From a virus, in the IMG/VR virus record IMGVR_UViG_3300030110_005581: a stretch of DNA of 64,000 nt. The stretch is one strand, 5' to 3'. Within the stretch, counting starts at the first letter, position 1. The number at the start of each line of letters is the position of its first letter. Positions 17,313-26,764 of the stretch are shown in pieces. Made by a program: the position numbers and the translations under genes. Under the pieces are notes generated by a model. That model saw only the letters and a list, made by a program, of their open reading frames with translations. It was not told the origin of the DNA and did not search any database.

Positions 17313-19487
17313 TTATTGTTGATCGCCTAGAACAAGCTTTCTTGCCAACAATTCTCCGTCCAGGTTTAAATTAACTTCAATCTTCCTATCACTAACTTTA
17401 TTTAGTGCAGCTGAAAATTTTTCTGTGGCTGCAGCAAGTCTTTCATTAGAATTTTTTGCGGCGGCTGCGGCGTTTGTGGCATTCTGAGACATCTCGTCCA
17501 TGGCCTGAGCTTCTATTGGGCGAGTTGCTGGAGTGAAATTTCTGCGGCGGGAGTCCTCTGCTTCGCTAAATCCGGGGCTGTCGAACGTGCCCCCGCCCGC
17601 TTCACGGCTCTGAAATTCGGTCATGCCATATTGCAGAGCCATGCCGGTGCCGCCAAGAATTCCAAACTTAAGAAGTTCAGTGCCTACATCTTTGAGTGTC
17701 TTTACGGTGCCTTTGAGGGTGCCATCAAAACCAATAAACTTGTGTTTAAGCTCGTTCACCTTGATGTTTGCTCTGTTCAGAGCACCTGTAACTACATCCC
17801 CAAAGCCTTTCTTAAAGCCATCTCCCAGTTTGAGCAACTGAATGTTTACATTTCTGGTTAGCCTGTCAGTTGCTTTAAATGCGTCGTTCATGAGAAGCAT
17901 GCTTTGTTTGGTTGCGCCTAGCTGCTCGCTCATCGACGTTGCTGCTGTCTTGGCGGCGTTGCCTAATTGCTGATAAGAAGCGCCTTGAGTTTCGATTGAT
18001 TTGCCCATTGAGTCAATTTCGCCTTGACTTCCAGAGAACATTCTTGACGCTTCTCTAACATCGGTGCCTATTGCCTGAGCGATTGCCTTTTGTTTGAAGC
18101 GATCCATCTGGTTGAATGTTTCGCCACTCTGAGTCATCATGTTTTTGAGCATCTCAATACGCTCAGACTCAGTTGCGTTGACCAAATCTAATGTATTTAG
18201 ATAGGGGCCGCCCATCATTGCGTTCAACTCACCCACTGCGTCTGCGGCGGAGCCAATATCATCAAATTTGGTAGCTACAGAGAGCATCTTGCTCATTTCA
18301 ACGCCAGTCACGGCAGAAATAGCAGACAATTTTTTGAACTCGGCACGGGCCTTTGGAAGAGAATAGGCAGCTAAGTGGACCATGGCTGTATCAAAGTTAT
18401 TCGCTACTGTGTCTGCTGCTTGGCCCGTCGCACGGGCAATGTTTACTAATTCAGCACCTAAAATTTTACCTTGACCAATTATATTTGATTTTCGATAAGT
18501 TTTACCAATGGTGTCCAGAGCTTTACCAAAGCCTTCTGCACCTAGTCCAACTTTTGCGAATCGGATGCCCATTTCAGTGAGCCCGTCTGCAAGAGCCGTG
18601 TTTTGTTTCCGGTTGGTACCTATTAAAATGCCATAAGTTCGAGATGCTTTTGTGAGGGATGTCATCATCTCTGTGACGCCTTTGATGGTTGCGCCAAGCA
18701 TTCTGTTTCTTTTTTGTAGTCGGATTACTCGACCAGAAAGGTTTTTGGTAGCAGAATCGCTCCGCATGACCTGACCCGTAAAACTCGCAAACCCAGTAGT
18801 GACGGTGCTAAGTTCTGTATATAGAGTCTTCGCCTCTGTCATTACTCTGTTGAGAAAATCACCAACAATCGGAGCCTTTGTGGCACCAAACGCAAGCAAA
18901 AATGAAGATACCTGCTGGAATGATTCACTCTTACCAATGGCACCAAGAGTCTTTGCGGCCCCTGTAGTGGGGGCAACACTTGACAGCGTAGTGGCGAGAC
19001 CTGCACCCATTGCATTCGCATTCTTTGCGGTACCGGCAGTGCTAGCGTTTAGTTTCTGCGTGACAGCTAACTGCTGATTAAGTGTATCTAGGTTTTTTTG
19101 ATCACTTTTAAGATTTCGATTTTTGGATTTCTGAAGCGCATCATTCTCTTCCTTCAGTTTTTTTACTGCAGCTGCCAACTGCGCCTGAGAGGCGGTTTGT
19201 TTGCCTGTCGCATCAACAATTAACTGCATCGCCTTAAGGCGCGTTTTTGCGGCCTCTGTAGCGCGGTTTTCATCGTCAATGAGAGAGCCATAAGATTTTT
19301 TAAGAGCTTCAGCCATGGCTTCTTGCTCTTTCATTCCATCCTGAAGGTTCTTTAGCAAAGTTGCAGCCGCTTTGTTTGCAGTATTCGAACCTTTTGCAAT
19401 AGTCTCTAGACTCTCTGCAAGTTTTGTCAGATCTGCGCCTTTAAGCTGGGCTATTAATTGTGTTAAATTGGTGGGCACCTCTGCCAT
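17313..19487 (-). CDS. tape measure protein
   Basis: 724 aa, Ala/Lys/Leu-rich helical sequence ending IEVNLNLDGELLA; located after the chaperone pair and before baseplate genes. Confidence 0.75.
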   Translation of the reverse strand: MAEVPTNLTQLIAQLKGADLTKLAESLETIAKGSNTANKAAATLLKNLQDGMKEQEAMAEALKKSYGSLIDDENRATEAAKTRLKAMQLIVDATGKQTASQAQLAAAVKKLKEENDALQKSKNRNLKSDQKNLDTLNQQLAVTQKLNASTAGTAKNANAMGAGLATTLSSVAPTTGAAKTLGAIGKSESFQQVSSFLLAFGATKAPIVGDFLNRVMTEAKTLYTELSTVTTGFASFTGQVMRSDSATKNLSGRVIRLQKRNRMLGATIKGVTEMMTSLTKASRTYGILIGTNRKQNTALADGLTEMGIRFAKVGLGAEGFGKALDTIGKTYRKSNIIGQGKILGAELVNIARATGQAADTVANNFDTAMVHLAAYSLPKARAEFKKLSAISAVTGVEMSKMLSVATKFDDIGSAADAVGELNAMMGGPYLNTLDLVNATESERIEMLKNMMTQSGETFNQMDRFKQKAIAQAIGTDVREASRMFSGSQGEIDSMGKSIETQGASYQQLGNAAKTAATSMSEQLGATKQSMLLMNDAFKATDRLTRNVNIQLLKLGDGFKKGFGDVVTGALNRANIKVNELKHKFIGFDGTLKGTVKTLKDVGTELLKFGILGGTGMALQYGMTEFQSREAGGGTFDSPGFSEAEDSRRRNFTPATRPIEAQAMDEMSQNATNAAAAAKNSNERLAAATEKFSAALNKVSDRKIEVNLNLDGELLARKLVLGDQQ

Positions 19488-19517
19488 ATTGCAAAAACCT
19501 CAAAAATATTATACAAC

Positions 19518-19535
19518 TATAAATAGTTAAATAGG
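19518..19535 (-). promoter_or_regulatory. tandem putative late motif (CCTATTTA-ACTATTTATA)
   Basis: taaatagt 19520-19527 and taaatagg 19528-19535, about 33 nt upstream of the TMP ATG. Confidence 0.55.
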
Positions 19536-19561
19536 TGAAAATATATTAATATTTGATCCTA

Positions 19562-19741
19562 TTACCTAGAAGCCTCTTTTTGAGCTTCCACCTCTTTTTG
19601 CTTTTGATCCAATAATTTTTCAAAATACCATCTTCGCAAACCAACAGGTAAATTATACATTTCAGTTAGAGTCCAATTACTATAGTATTTCATATAGAAA
19701 AATTGCTCATATACATCTTTCATGTATTTAGGAGTTAGACC
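19562..19741 (-). CDS. tail assembly chaperone C-terminal extension (gp51-like/GT-like), probably reached by frameshift
   Basis: YEQFFYMKYYSNWTLTEMYNLPVGLRRWY motif; overlaps the end of the upstream gene in the +1 frame at a T7 run; no SD before its own ATGs. Confidence 0.65.
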   Translation of the reverse strand, partial: GLTPKYMKDVYEQFFYMKYYSNWTLTEMYNLPVGLRRWYFEKLLDQKQKEVEAQKEASR

Positions 19742-20600
19742 AAAAAAAGTCCGCACTAAGCGGAACCTCCAAGATGTCCGCATGGCCGCAGTGAGCGCAT
19801 TTAAAGTCGTGCTTCAGGTCCAGGCTTGGGACAAGATTATCATATACTTTTCTTATATATCGCGCCTGAAGCGCCGGCAGTGAGTTGATAAACCCATTAA
19901 GAGAGTTTGCATCTGAAACCCCATTAACAGAGATAATAAAAGCTCTAAGAAAGTCTGTCATGGGCGTTTCAGGAAAATTTCTCTTCTTCTTGTGTTCGGC
20001 CATTCTATTTAAGGCTTTTTCGTCGTGACCAGTTAAAAGGCGTGCCTCTACTACAAAATCTGTAGTGGGTAGGGGAATTAAAAATGTGTTATTTTCGGTT
20101 AAAGTGATGTTTTTTTCTTGCAAAAAAGAATCATCGGCGTTGTTAGTTTGTAACGTGCTTAAGTCAAATTCATATTCTTGTTGCTCAGAGCATGCAGGGC
20201 ACGTAACATTTGTTTGGTAGATTGTGCCATAGCCATGAGCGCGTGCTGAGATGATCAGCGCGTTTTTATCCCCCAAGAGCAAATCATCCACGTTAACACT
20301 CCTATTTACAATAAGGTTTTCCAGCATCCTTTCGAGTGCAAGACCTTTTCGCAAAAGTGCTTGGGAAGTTAAAATATCTTCTTCCTTTGTCGTCATGTGT
20401 TTCATTTCAATGACGCTTTGGTTGTGAAGTGGGTGGCCGTTGGGATAATACCTCCCTTCACTCGGAAGCTCCACAAACTCGGTTGGAGTGATAAAATTCA
20501 AAACTTGCGCTTGTGGTGCGGGCATTTCTGGCGGTGGTGAAACGTTTGGCGGCGCCGGCTCCGCAATTGGGCCGAGACGACCTTCATTTCTACTGCTCAT
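19728..20600 (-). CDS. baseplate hub assembly/tail chaperone (T4 gp26-like)
   Basis: PTEFVELPSEGRYYP, MTTKEEDILTS, DKNALIISAR..GYG..Y, two CxxC pairs (CPAC, CAHC), ends DFFW. Confidence 0.8.
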   Translation of the reverse strand: MSSRNEGRLGPIAEPAPPNVSPPPEMPAPQAQVLNFITPTEFVELPSEGRYYPNGHPLHNQSVIEMKHMTTKEEDILTSQALLRKGLALERMLENLIVNRSVNVDDLLLGDKNALIISARAHGYGTIYQTNVTCPACSEQQEYEFDLSTLQTNNADDSFLQEKNITLTENNTFLIPLPTTDFVVEARLLTGHDEKALNRMAEHKKKRNFPETPMTDFLRAFIISVNGVSDANSLNGFINSLPALQARYIRKVYDNLVPSLDLKHDFKCAHCGHADILEVPLSADFFWSNS

Positions 20601-20670
20601 GTTAAACCTCTCTTTTTTGTTTGTTAATTATAATACACAGTCATTAATAATTTAAATCTATTTTTAAGAT

Positions 20671-21414
20671 TTAATCAATTCTCATTTTTTTTGCAAATGC
20701 AGCTGCTTTTTTATCGAGATAGTCTGATACGGGGGTTTGAGATTTTCCTTTGCCGGCTCGCTCGATGCGAGACTCAAGCAGACGATCTCCCCATGTGCTG
20801 GAATATTCAAAGTCTTTGTAGTTAAAAGACAAATCAATTGTACTGAGGCCGCTTCCTTGATAATTTATTGATGAAAAATTTACAGAACTTAAGATGGGGA
20901 AGTGAATTATCCACTGGCCTATTGTTTGCCCTTTATTATCAAATTCAATAATATAAAAACGCGCAGGGTTATCTTTCATCGCCATCTGAATTGGTTGTGG
21001 CTTTGCAAACCCGTCTTGTTTGATGGCGACCATTTTTTCAGTGTACTGGGCTGTCTTACCCTGCAATGTTAAGGAAGCCTGGACTGCAGCGGCTGTATTG
21101 GCTCCCTTGTTGTGATTCGACACGTCTATTAGGGTAACGCGGATGGCCTTTGTGTTATAGCCGTTTGTAGGGTATTCAATTCGCTGGAAATCTCCTGTCT
21201 CCAGTTGATATTCTGCCGTGGCAGTCTCTATTTGAGAATATCCAGGTCTATCAAATGAGCGGATCAAATAAGGCTCAATGTTTTGTAGACCATCTCCTCC
21301 AAATATAAGATCTGGAAAAACCATTATGGCCTCAAAGACTCTTTTTGGCCTAGCTTCATTGCTTGACCAAAATTGAAAAGCCTTTGGGTTGAAAAAACTT
21401 ACTTTAGGAGCCAT
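20671..21414 (-). CDS. tail tube-like protein (second paralogue)
   Basis: FWS...RPKR..., SFDRPG, IGQWIIH..ILSSVNFS, IDLSFNYKD parallel the tube protein upstream. Confidence 0.6.
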   Translation of the reverse strand: MAPKVSFFNPKAFQFWSSNEARPKRVFEAIMVFPDLIFGGDGLQNIEPYLIRSFDRPGYSQIETATAEYQLETGDFQRIEYPTNGYNTKAIRVTLIDVSNHNKGANTAAAVQASLTLQGKTAQYTEKMVAIKQDGFAKPQPIQMAMKDNPARFYIIEFDNKGQTIGQWIIHFPILSSVNFSSINYQGSGLSTIDLSFNYKDFEYSSTWGDRLLESRIERAGKGKSQTPVSDYLDKKAAAFAKKMRID

Positions 21415-21430
21415 AATTTAGCACACCTTA

Positions 21431-22048
21431 CTATTCGCTAAAACCGAGTTCCTTTTGGTATTCGGCTATCGTAGTTGGTTGATTCATTCCATTAACCATG
21501 ATCTGGTTAGGTACTGGCTGCTCAGGTGACGAAGGTGCACCCTCATATTGAGCCCAGTCGTAACGGAATGTCATCTGTATGTTGACCATGGAATCTGTTT
21601 CATAGGAGAGTTCTCCAAAGTTAACAGCCGAAATCCATGCGTTGTAAAGTGACCACTTTTCAATTGGATTGCCTTTTGCATCAATTTGTTGAATGCTGGG
21701 TACTCCAAGTGCTTGGACTGAATCTTTTTTGCTGAAAGAACGCTTTGCGTCCTCTTGAGTTCCAGGGATAGCATAACCAGAGGCTTGGAGAGTTTTAACA
21801 ATTAAAGCAGACGCATCAGGGAAAACAGGATCAACTAAGCTAATTTGAAGCTCCTGCCACTGAATCCTACCAGGGTAGTAAAAAGTGTGAGCAACAAACT
21901 GGTGCTGTACAGATTCAACTGTAAAGTTGGGCTTGCCCGATGTTTTAATAACATATGTTGGAATTTGGTTCAGAACTAGAACCCACCGATAACTCCTTTT
22001 AGGATCTACCGTGGTAGAATTCCAAAACTGTTCATTTTTGATTGTCAT
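21431..22048 (-). CDS. gp19: tail tube protein (gp19-like)
   Basis: DPKRSYRW, YYPGRIQWQELQISLVDP, IEKWSLYNAWISAVNFGELSY..IQMTFRYDWA; follows the sheath gene. Confidence 0.85.
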   Translation of the reverse strand: MTIKNEQFWNSTTVDPKRSYRWVLVLNQIPTYVIKTSGKPNFTVESVQHQFVAHTFYYPGRIQWQELQISLVDPVFPDASALIVKTLQASGYAIPGTQEDAKRSFSKKDSVQALGVPSIQQIDAKGNPIEKWSLYNAWISAVNFGELSYETDSMVNIQMTFRYDWAQYEGAPSSPEQPVPNQIMVNGMNQPTTIAEYQKELGFSE

Positions 22049-22064
22049 TTGTTAAAATCTCCTC

Positions 22065-22082
22065 TTCTATTTATAAATAGAA
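22065..22082. promoter_or_regulatory. perfect 18-bp palindrome TTCTATTTATAAATAGAA containing the putative late motif on both strands
   Basis: Self-complementary; between the sheath stop and the tube RBS. Confidence 0.6.
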
Positions 22083-22095
22083 CTAAATTAAATTT

Positions 22096-25000
22096 TTAAT
22101 CCTCAAAAGATGCTCCTGAATTGGTAATAACAAAATCAATTGCAATGTACTCAATCGAACGCGCTGGTTTAATGTAGATTTTCGCATACATGATGTTTCT
22201 GTCCACAAGATCAGGAGTAGTAGTTGTTTCATCAAGAATAACTTTGTAGTCTGTCAGTCCCAAACCGGCCTTGACGTCTGCCAAGAATGGCTCAACCTTA
22301 GACTTAAAGCGCGTCCAAGTTACTTCCACGTTCTGATCAAAAAGAATCGTGGCAGCAAATCGAGAAACTTGCTTCTTTAAGTAAATAAGAAGTCTTCTTA
22401 CGTTAATTCTGTCAAGTGCGCTAGCGCCAACTTGCAGGGTTTTCTGGCCGAAGACCACAATACCTTCTGCAGGGAAAGAAGCGATTGGATTAATTTGATT
22501 TTCGTACAATCGATCTCTCTGCTTAGAGGTTAGCTTTTCCTCAACTCCGACAACGGGAACACCGCCGGCGCGATTTGCGCTTAGTCCGCCGCGAGTAAAT
22601 CCGGCAGGAGCAAACCATAGTTGAGAGTTGGCCTCCCCGTAAGACATTGCGCCCATGGCGACAACCGAAGGTGGTGCCCAAAGCGTCACACCGGCAATTG
22701 TGTCTCTAATTTGGACCCACGGGTAGTATGCACATCCGTAGCTGCTGTTAATCTTGAGGCTATTTCTCTTATTCTTTACAACAGTAGCAACGTTTCCGCG
22801 TCGGTCAATGCGGCTTTTGTCCGATTCAGATGGAGGCTGATAACCTCCCTCCAAGTCGATAATTGCAAGAGAGTCGCCTCGATTTTCACACATATCAACA
22901 AGCTTGTTGTTAAGTGCAGTGTTAGTAAGACCAGGCATTGAAGCAATATTGTATTCTACCACTTCAGGGTCTGCCAACGTGTCCATAGCTACCGAAATAG
23001 AATTGAATGGGGCATCCGAGGTTGCTTTTGCGGCCGACGTCCACTGTGAATTCCGGAAAGGGTCACTCTCAGTGATGTCTAGACCGTCAGCTCCACCAGC
23101 CAAGCATGTCGTGAATTGCATCCAGCCTGCCGTTTCGCCACCGTAGTTATCATCGATAACACTTAAGTAATTTACGCTTCCTGGCCCAGCAACAGAAGCT
23201 GATAAGGATGCTGTATGCGCCGTGTAGGAGAATCCTTGCACGCGAGAGCCAGACTGATATACAGCATGAGATGAGTAGGCAGCGTGCATCCAGGCGCCGC
23301 TAACAGCAGAGTTTCTAACATCGTCCAAAGTAAAGATCCACATGTCTTCGGTTTTACCAGATGTGGCATCGTAACCTTCAAGGTCCTCGCACTTCGTTCG
23401 AAGGACATCAGTCACACTTTCATCAAAGCGAGAGCTATTGTAGGTGGTGTCCACACCGAAGTAGGCATCTTTGGGGTCTGCCAAAGAAGCACCCTCTGAA
23501 GAGCTGACTCGAAGCCTCAAGCGCGGGAATTTAAATCCAGCGAGAGCGGTAGAGCCCGTAATATAGGCATAAATCTTTTGACCGACATGCTTTAAGTCAG
23601 ACGCGCCTGGCAATGTGCCAGAATTGGCTGGCGTTGAGACAAACGGGTCAGCAACACCAACACCAACAAAAGCGTCTGAGGCGCCAGCGAGGGCTGATGT
23701 GGTGACTTGTTTGTAGGCTCGAAGCGACCCAGATTGGTTAGTTCCCCAGCCAACGTAGCGAGGGGGACCATAAACACCGTATGGCAGGCACTTTTCATTG
23801 ATAACTGCGCGCTGGGTGTCGTCATGTTCTTCGACATAAATATAATTGGAGATATTATCAAAATCTCCATAAGTTCTGTATCTTTTGTCTATATCGTCCC
23901 ATTGAACAAACTTATTACCAATCTTGCGTGCAATGTAGTTGTTTGACGCAGGATCGAGATTGCATTCATTGTATTGTTCTATAATAACTGGCGCAGCATC
24001 TGTGTCGCGGATATCGCGAACCACAACAGTAAAGGTACCGTATTGATTGGTATCAAGAGGATCTGCAGCTCTCAAATCTTTAATTCCGATTTTGATTTTC
24101 CGCTGCGTTTCTTCGCCAAGTTCACGACTGTTAAATCTGAAAAGTTTTTGCATCTTTTCGGGATTAAATGATCCAGTCGTGTAGCCACGGTTAGAGGAAT
24201 CCGGTGCGACGGCGCCTGCTCCAGCTGTGTCCAAATCTTGAGAAATGAACCAGCCTGTTTTAGCAAACTGCTTCTTTGGGCTCTTAGTTGGGGACATTTT
24301 AAAGTTAGCCCCATCTGTGCTCTCGTCTGGGGTGGCAAGGCGCATAATAATGCCGTATGTTGCTCCCGGCAAAGAGCCGGAAATACCTTCTTTTCCGCCT
24401 CTATGTGGGAAGGTGCGTAGATTTCCTTCAAAAGATTCTCCAAGCCAGAAGTTGGTGTCATTGTCGGCCCCAACGACGTCGGAGTTTGTTCTGATTGGAT
24501 TTGTGTTAAACACTTTTCGAATAAAGCGTGGTGAATCAGGGTCAAAGTTAAAAGCAGTCGTAGAAACAATCGCGCCACTTTCATTTCTAACGGTGGCCTT
24601 GAATGTGGCTCCGCCGCTTACTGCCTGATAGAATGTAAAGGCAGAAGATGATTGTTGTGTGGCCGACGCGGTGAGGGCCAAGTTTCCACTAAGCTGAATA
24701 CTTCCTTTTGTTAAGTACCAAACAGCAGCCAAGGTTCCTGTCATTAGCTTGGAATTTCCCCAACTTCCGCTCCAATCGTAATTTTTTGGCGCATAGGTGC
24801 CTGCAATTGCACCAGTTAACGAGGCCCGAGCGTCTCTATCTTCACAAATGAAGAGACCATAGGCGCCGTTGTTTTTTGCGGCATCAGTGTTAGACCCAAC
24901 ACTATCGGCAGTTGCCCAGCCGGCATAGCCAGACGCAACAGCAGACGAGTTCGTCTGGCCCAGCAGCCTAACCACAGTCATAGGAGAGTTGTTTCGCAGC

Positions 25001-25269
25001 CACGCTTGAGCAGCATATGCGGCATATGTAGGTGAAGTGTAATTTCCGTAACGAAAAACGTCTCCGCCTTGTCCACCCGGTATAGGGTTACCAAAAACTT
25101 CTACAAATTCAGAAAATGAACTAACTTGTACTGGTTTTAGGGCCGGCCCTCTCTCCATTCTTCCGATAACGGTAGGGCCAATGGCTGCTGGCAGTGCAGG
25201 CAGCTGAGAATTATCAATTTCATTAATAAAAATTCCCGGTGATATAAACTTAAATTTCTTGTAAGACAT
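22096..25269 (-). CDS. gp18: contractile tail sheath protein (gp18-like), enlarged
   Basis: FISPGIFINEID start; C-terminal YYPWV, WFAPAGFTRG, RDRLYENQINPI, VFGQKTLQ, LDRINVRRLL, IKPARSIEYI; 1057 aa. Confidence 0.95.
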   Translation of the reverse strand: MSYKKFKFISPGIFINEIDNSQLPALPAAIGPTVIGRMERGPALKPVQVSSFSEFVEVFGNPIPGGQGGDVFRYGNYTSPTYAAYAAQAWLRNNSPMTVVRLLGQTNSSAVASGYAGWATADSVGSNTDAAKNNGAYGLFICEDRDARASLTGAIAGTYAPKNYDWSGSWGNSKLMTGTLAAVWYLTKGSIQLSGNLALTASATQQSSSAFTFYQAVSGGATFKATVRNESGAIVSTTAFNFDPDSPRFIRKVFNTNPIRTNSDVVGADNDTNFWLGESFEGNLRTFPHRGGKEGISGSLPGATYGIIMRLATPDESTDGANFKMSPTKSPKKQFAKTGWFISQDLDTAGAGAVAPDSSNRGYTTGSFNPEKMQKLFRFNSRELGEETQRKIKIGIKDLRAADPLDTNQYGTFTVVVRDIRDTDAAPVIIEQYNECNLDPASNNYIARKIGNKFVQWDDIDKRYRTYGDFDNISNYIYVEEHDDTQRAVINEKCLPYGVYGPPRYVGWGTNQSGSLRAYKQVTTSALAGASDAFVGVGVADPFVSTPANSGTLPGASDLKHVGQKIYAYITGSTALAGFKFPRLRLRVSSSEGASLADPKDAYFGVDTTYNSSRFDESVTDVLRTKCEDLEGYDATSGKTEDMWIFTLDDVRNSAVSGAWMHAAYSSHAVYQSGSRVQGFSYTAHTASLSASVAGPGSVNYLSVIDDNYGGETAGWMQFTTCLAGGADGLDITESDPFRNSQWTSAAKATSDAPFNSISVAMDTLADPEVVEYNIASMPGLTNTALNNKLVDMCENRGDSLAIIDLEGGYQPPSESDKSRIDRRGNVATVVKNKRNSLKINSSYGCAYYPWVQIRDTIAGVTLWAPPSVVAMGAMSYGEANSQLWFAPAGFTRGGLSANRAGGVPVVGVEEKLTSKQRDRLYENQINPIASFPAEGIVVFGQKTLQVGASALDRINVRRLLIYLKKQVSRFAATILFDQNVEVTWTRFKSKVEPFLADVKAGLGLTDYKVILDETTTTPDLVDRNIMYAKIYIKPARSIEYIAIDFVITNSGASFED

Positions 25270-25310
25270 ATGCTGTTTTCTCCTTTAAACAGGGGGTGCT
25301 ATTTCTTTAA

Positions 25311-25318
25311 TAAATAGT
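25311..25318 (-). promoter_or_regulatory. putative late promoter motif ACTATTTA
   Basis: taaatagt about 42 nt upstream of the sheath ATG. Confidence 0.6.
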
Positions 25319-25348
25319 AGTACAATAAAGCAAAAACCTTTTTTAATC

Positions 25349-26257
25349 TTATTCTCTATAAAATCCAGATTTTGGGTCAAAGTCCTGTTCGTCACCCATT
25401 ATAACTCGCTCTCTAGGTATTTTAACCTCAACCGCATTTTCCGTTTTAATAATTCTAGGGCGTTCTTGATTTTCACCCTCGCCAATAACATACCCAAGAA
25501 CCTCAAAATTCACAACAGTTTGAAAAATTCTCTCTTCTTGATCAAATGATGTAATGTTGTTGTTTTGAGTCAGGTCTGATTGCAAAAAAGTTTCATATGT
25601 GTGGCCATCCTTCTCTATTAAGAAAGAATTGATATGGCCACCCAATGTAACAAACGGCTGGAGCATTTGATTCATGTGTTGTTGGTAGTTTGCCTGAAGT
25701 GTTACTTGATAGGCTATGCTAACATAAACCGGCTGTGGGACTGAAAGTGTCTCAATCACCACTTTTTTGTTTCTTTTCTCGGTAAGTGGATAATATGCTT
25801 GACGCCCAGGTGTCCTATTGACAGTATTAAGAAAGCTTTTCTTATTTTGTGCAACGGCAAAGTTATTTGTTTTATCGTTTACTATTCTTTTTGACACAAC
25901 AATTCGTCCACCTCGATGAGGGTCGGTAAACTGTGTTGGTGCACCAAAATATTTTCCTTTTTTGGCCAAGTCCCTGGTCATCCCAGTCCTCTGTATACTT
26001 ATGAGTGGATAAATCAAGGTGCCATCCAAGGTAAATCGATCTTTATTCTCTTTAGAGAAAAATGACCTCTCAGGAGACGCCCAAGTAAGATTGACCTTTT
26101 TCCAACCTTTGTTTGTCTCCGTTCTTATTTGCATCTTTTCATTTACAAAGTCATAGAATGCAAAATCAATTGTTTCAAAGTTGGAGGGATTTAAGAAAGC
26201 TTTGTCAAGAATTTTGTTTTCTTTTTCTAACTCTTTAGAATCTGAATCAGCTGGCAT
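25349..26257 (-). CDS. tail terminator/sheath stabiliser (gp15-like)
   Basis: Position between neck and sheath; YPLISIQRT, VPQPVYVSIAYQV..NYQQHMNQM, FEVLGY patterns. Confidence 0.65.
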   Translation of the reverse strand: MPADSDSKELEKENKILDKAFLNPSNFETIDFAFYDFVNEKMQIRTETNKGWKKVNLTWASPERSFFSKENKDRFTLDGTLIYPLISIQRTGMTRDLAKKGKYFGAPTQFTDPHRGGRIVVSKRIVNDKTNNFAVAQNKKSFLNTVNRTPGRQAYYPLTEKRNKKVVIETLSVPQPVYVSIAYQVTLQANYQQHMNQMLQPFVTLGGHINSFLIEKDGHTYETFLQSDLTQNNNITSFDQEERIFQTVVNFEVLGYVIGEGENQERPRIIKTENAVEVKIPRERVIMGDEQDFDPKSGFYRE

Positions 26258-26759
26258 CGAACGTACCCTCCCTGGCTCTTATGCACTTAGCTTGCGCCTC
26301 GAATATTCTTTCGCGCCCTTGCCAAGCTTGGCCAAATATTTGTCGAGGATAGTTGATGGTTGCAATTTCGAAATATTCTTCCCCATACAATATAAAATCC
26401 CCTTCTCTTATATAAAGGTCTTGATCCTCAGTGAGGCGGCGCCTATGGAAATTTACCGTCAGCGACAGGCGCTTATCAATCCCTAAATTAGTAACTGTTG
26501 TTGTATAGCCCTCCCAAACAACCAAAACTTGAACTCTCACCGGAGATAAAAAGCTTTTCTTAATAGCCTCCCCATAAAGTGGATGAAAATTAGTATGCTC
26601 AACGCTAACTGGGTAGTAAATTATCTCCTGGCCGATGACGCGCTCGATAAGCTCGTCATTAACCTGCTTAACTAAGTTCCTCTCCTTCTCTCCCAAAAAC
26701 AATGGAGGAGGTGGCGAGGCAGGTTGTGACCATTTTGTTTTATCTGTTGGGTCTGCCAT
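26247..26759 (-). CDS. neck protein (gp14-like head-tail adaptor)
   Basis: ELIERVIGQEIIYY, LYGEA, IREGDFILYGEEYFEI. Confidence 0.75.
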   Translation of the reverse strand: MADPTDKTKWSQPASPPPPLFLGEKERNLVKQVNDELIERVIGQEIIYYPVSVEHTNFHPLYGEAIKKSFLSPVRVQVLVVWEGYTTTVTNLGIDKRLSLTVNFHRRRLTEDQDLYIREGDFILYGEEYFEIATINYPRQIFGQAWQGRERIFEAQAKCIRAREGTFDAS

Positions 26760-26764
26760 CTATA

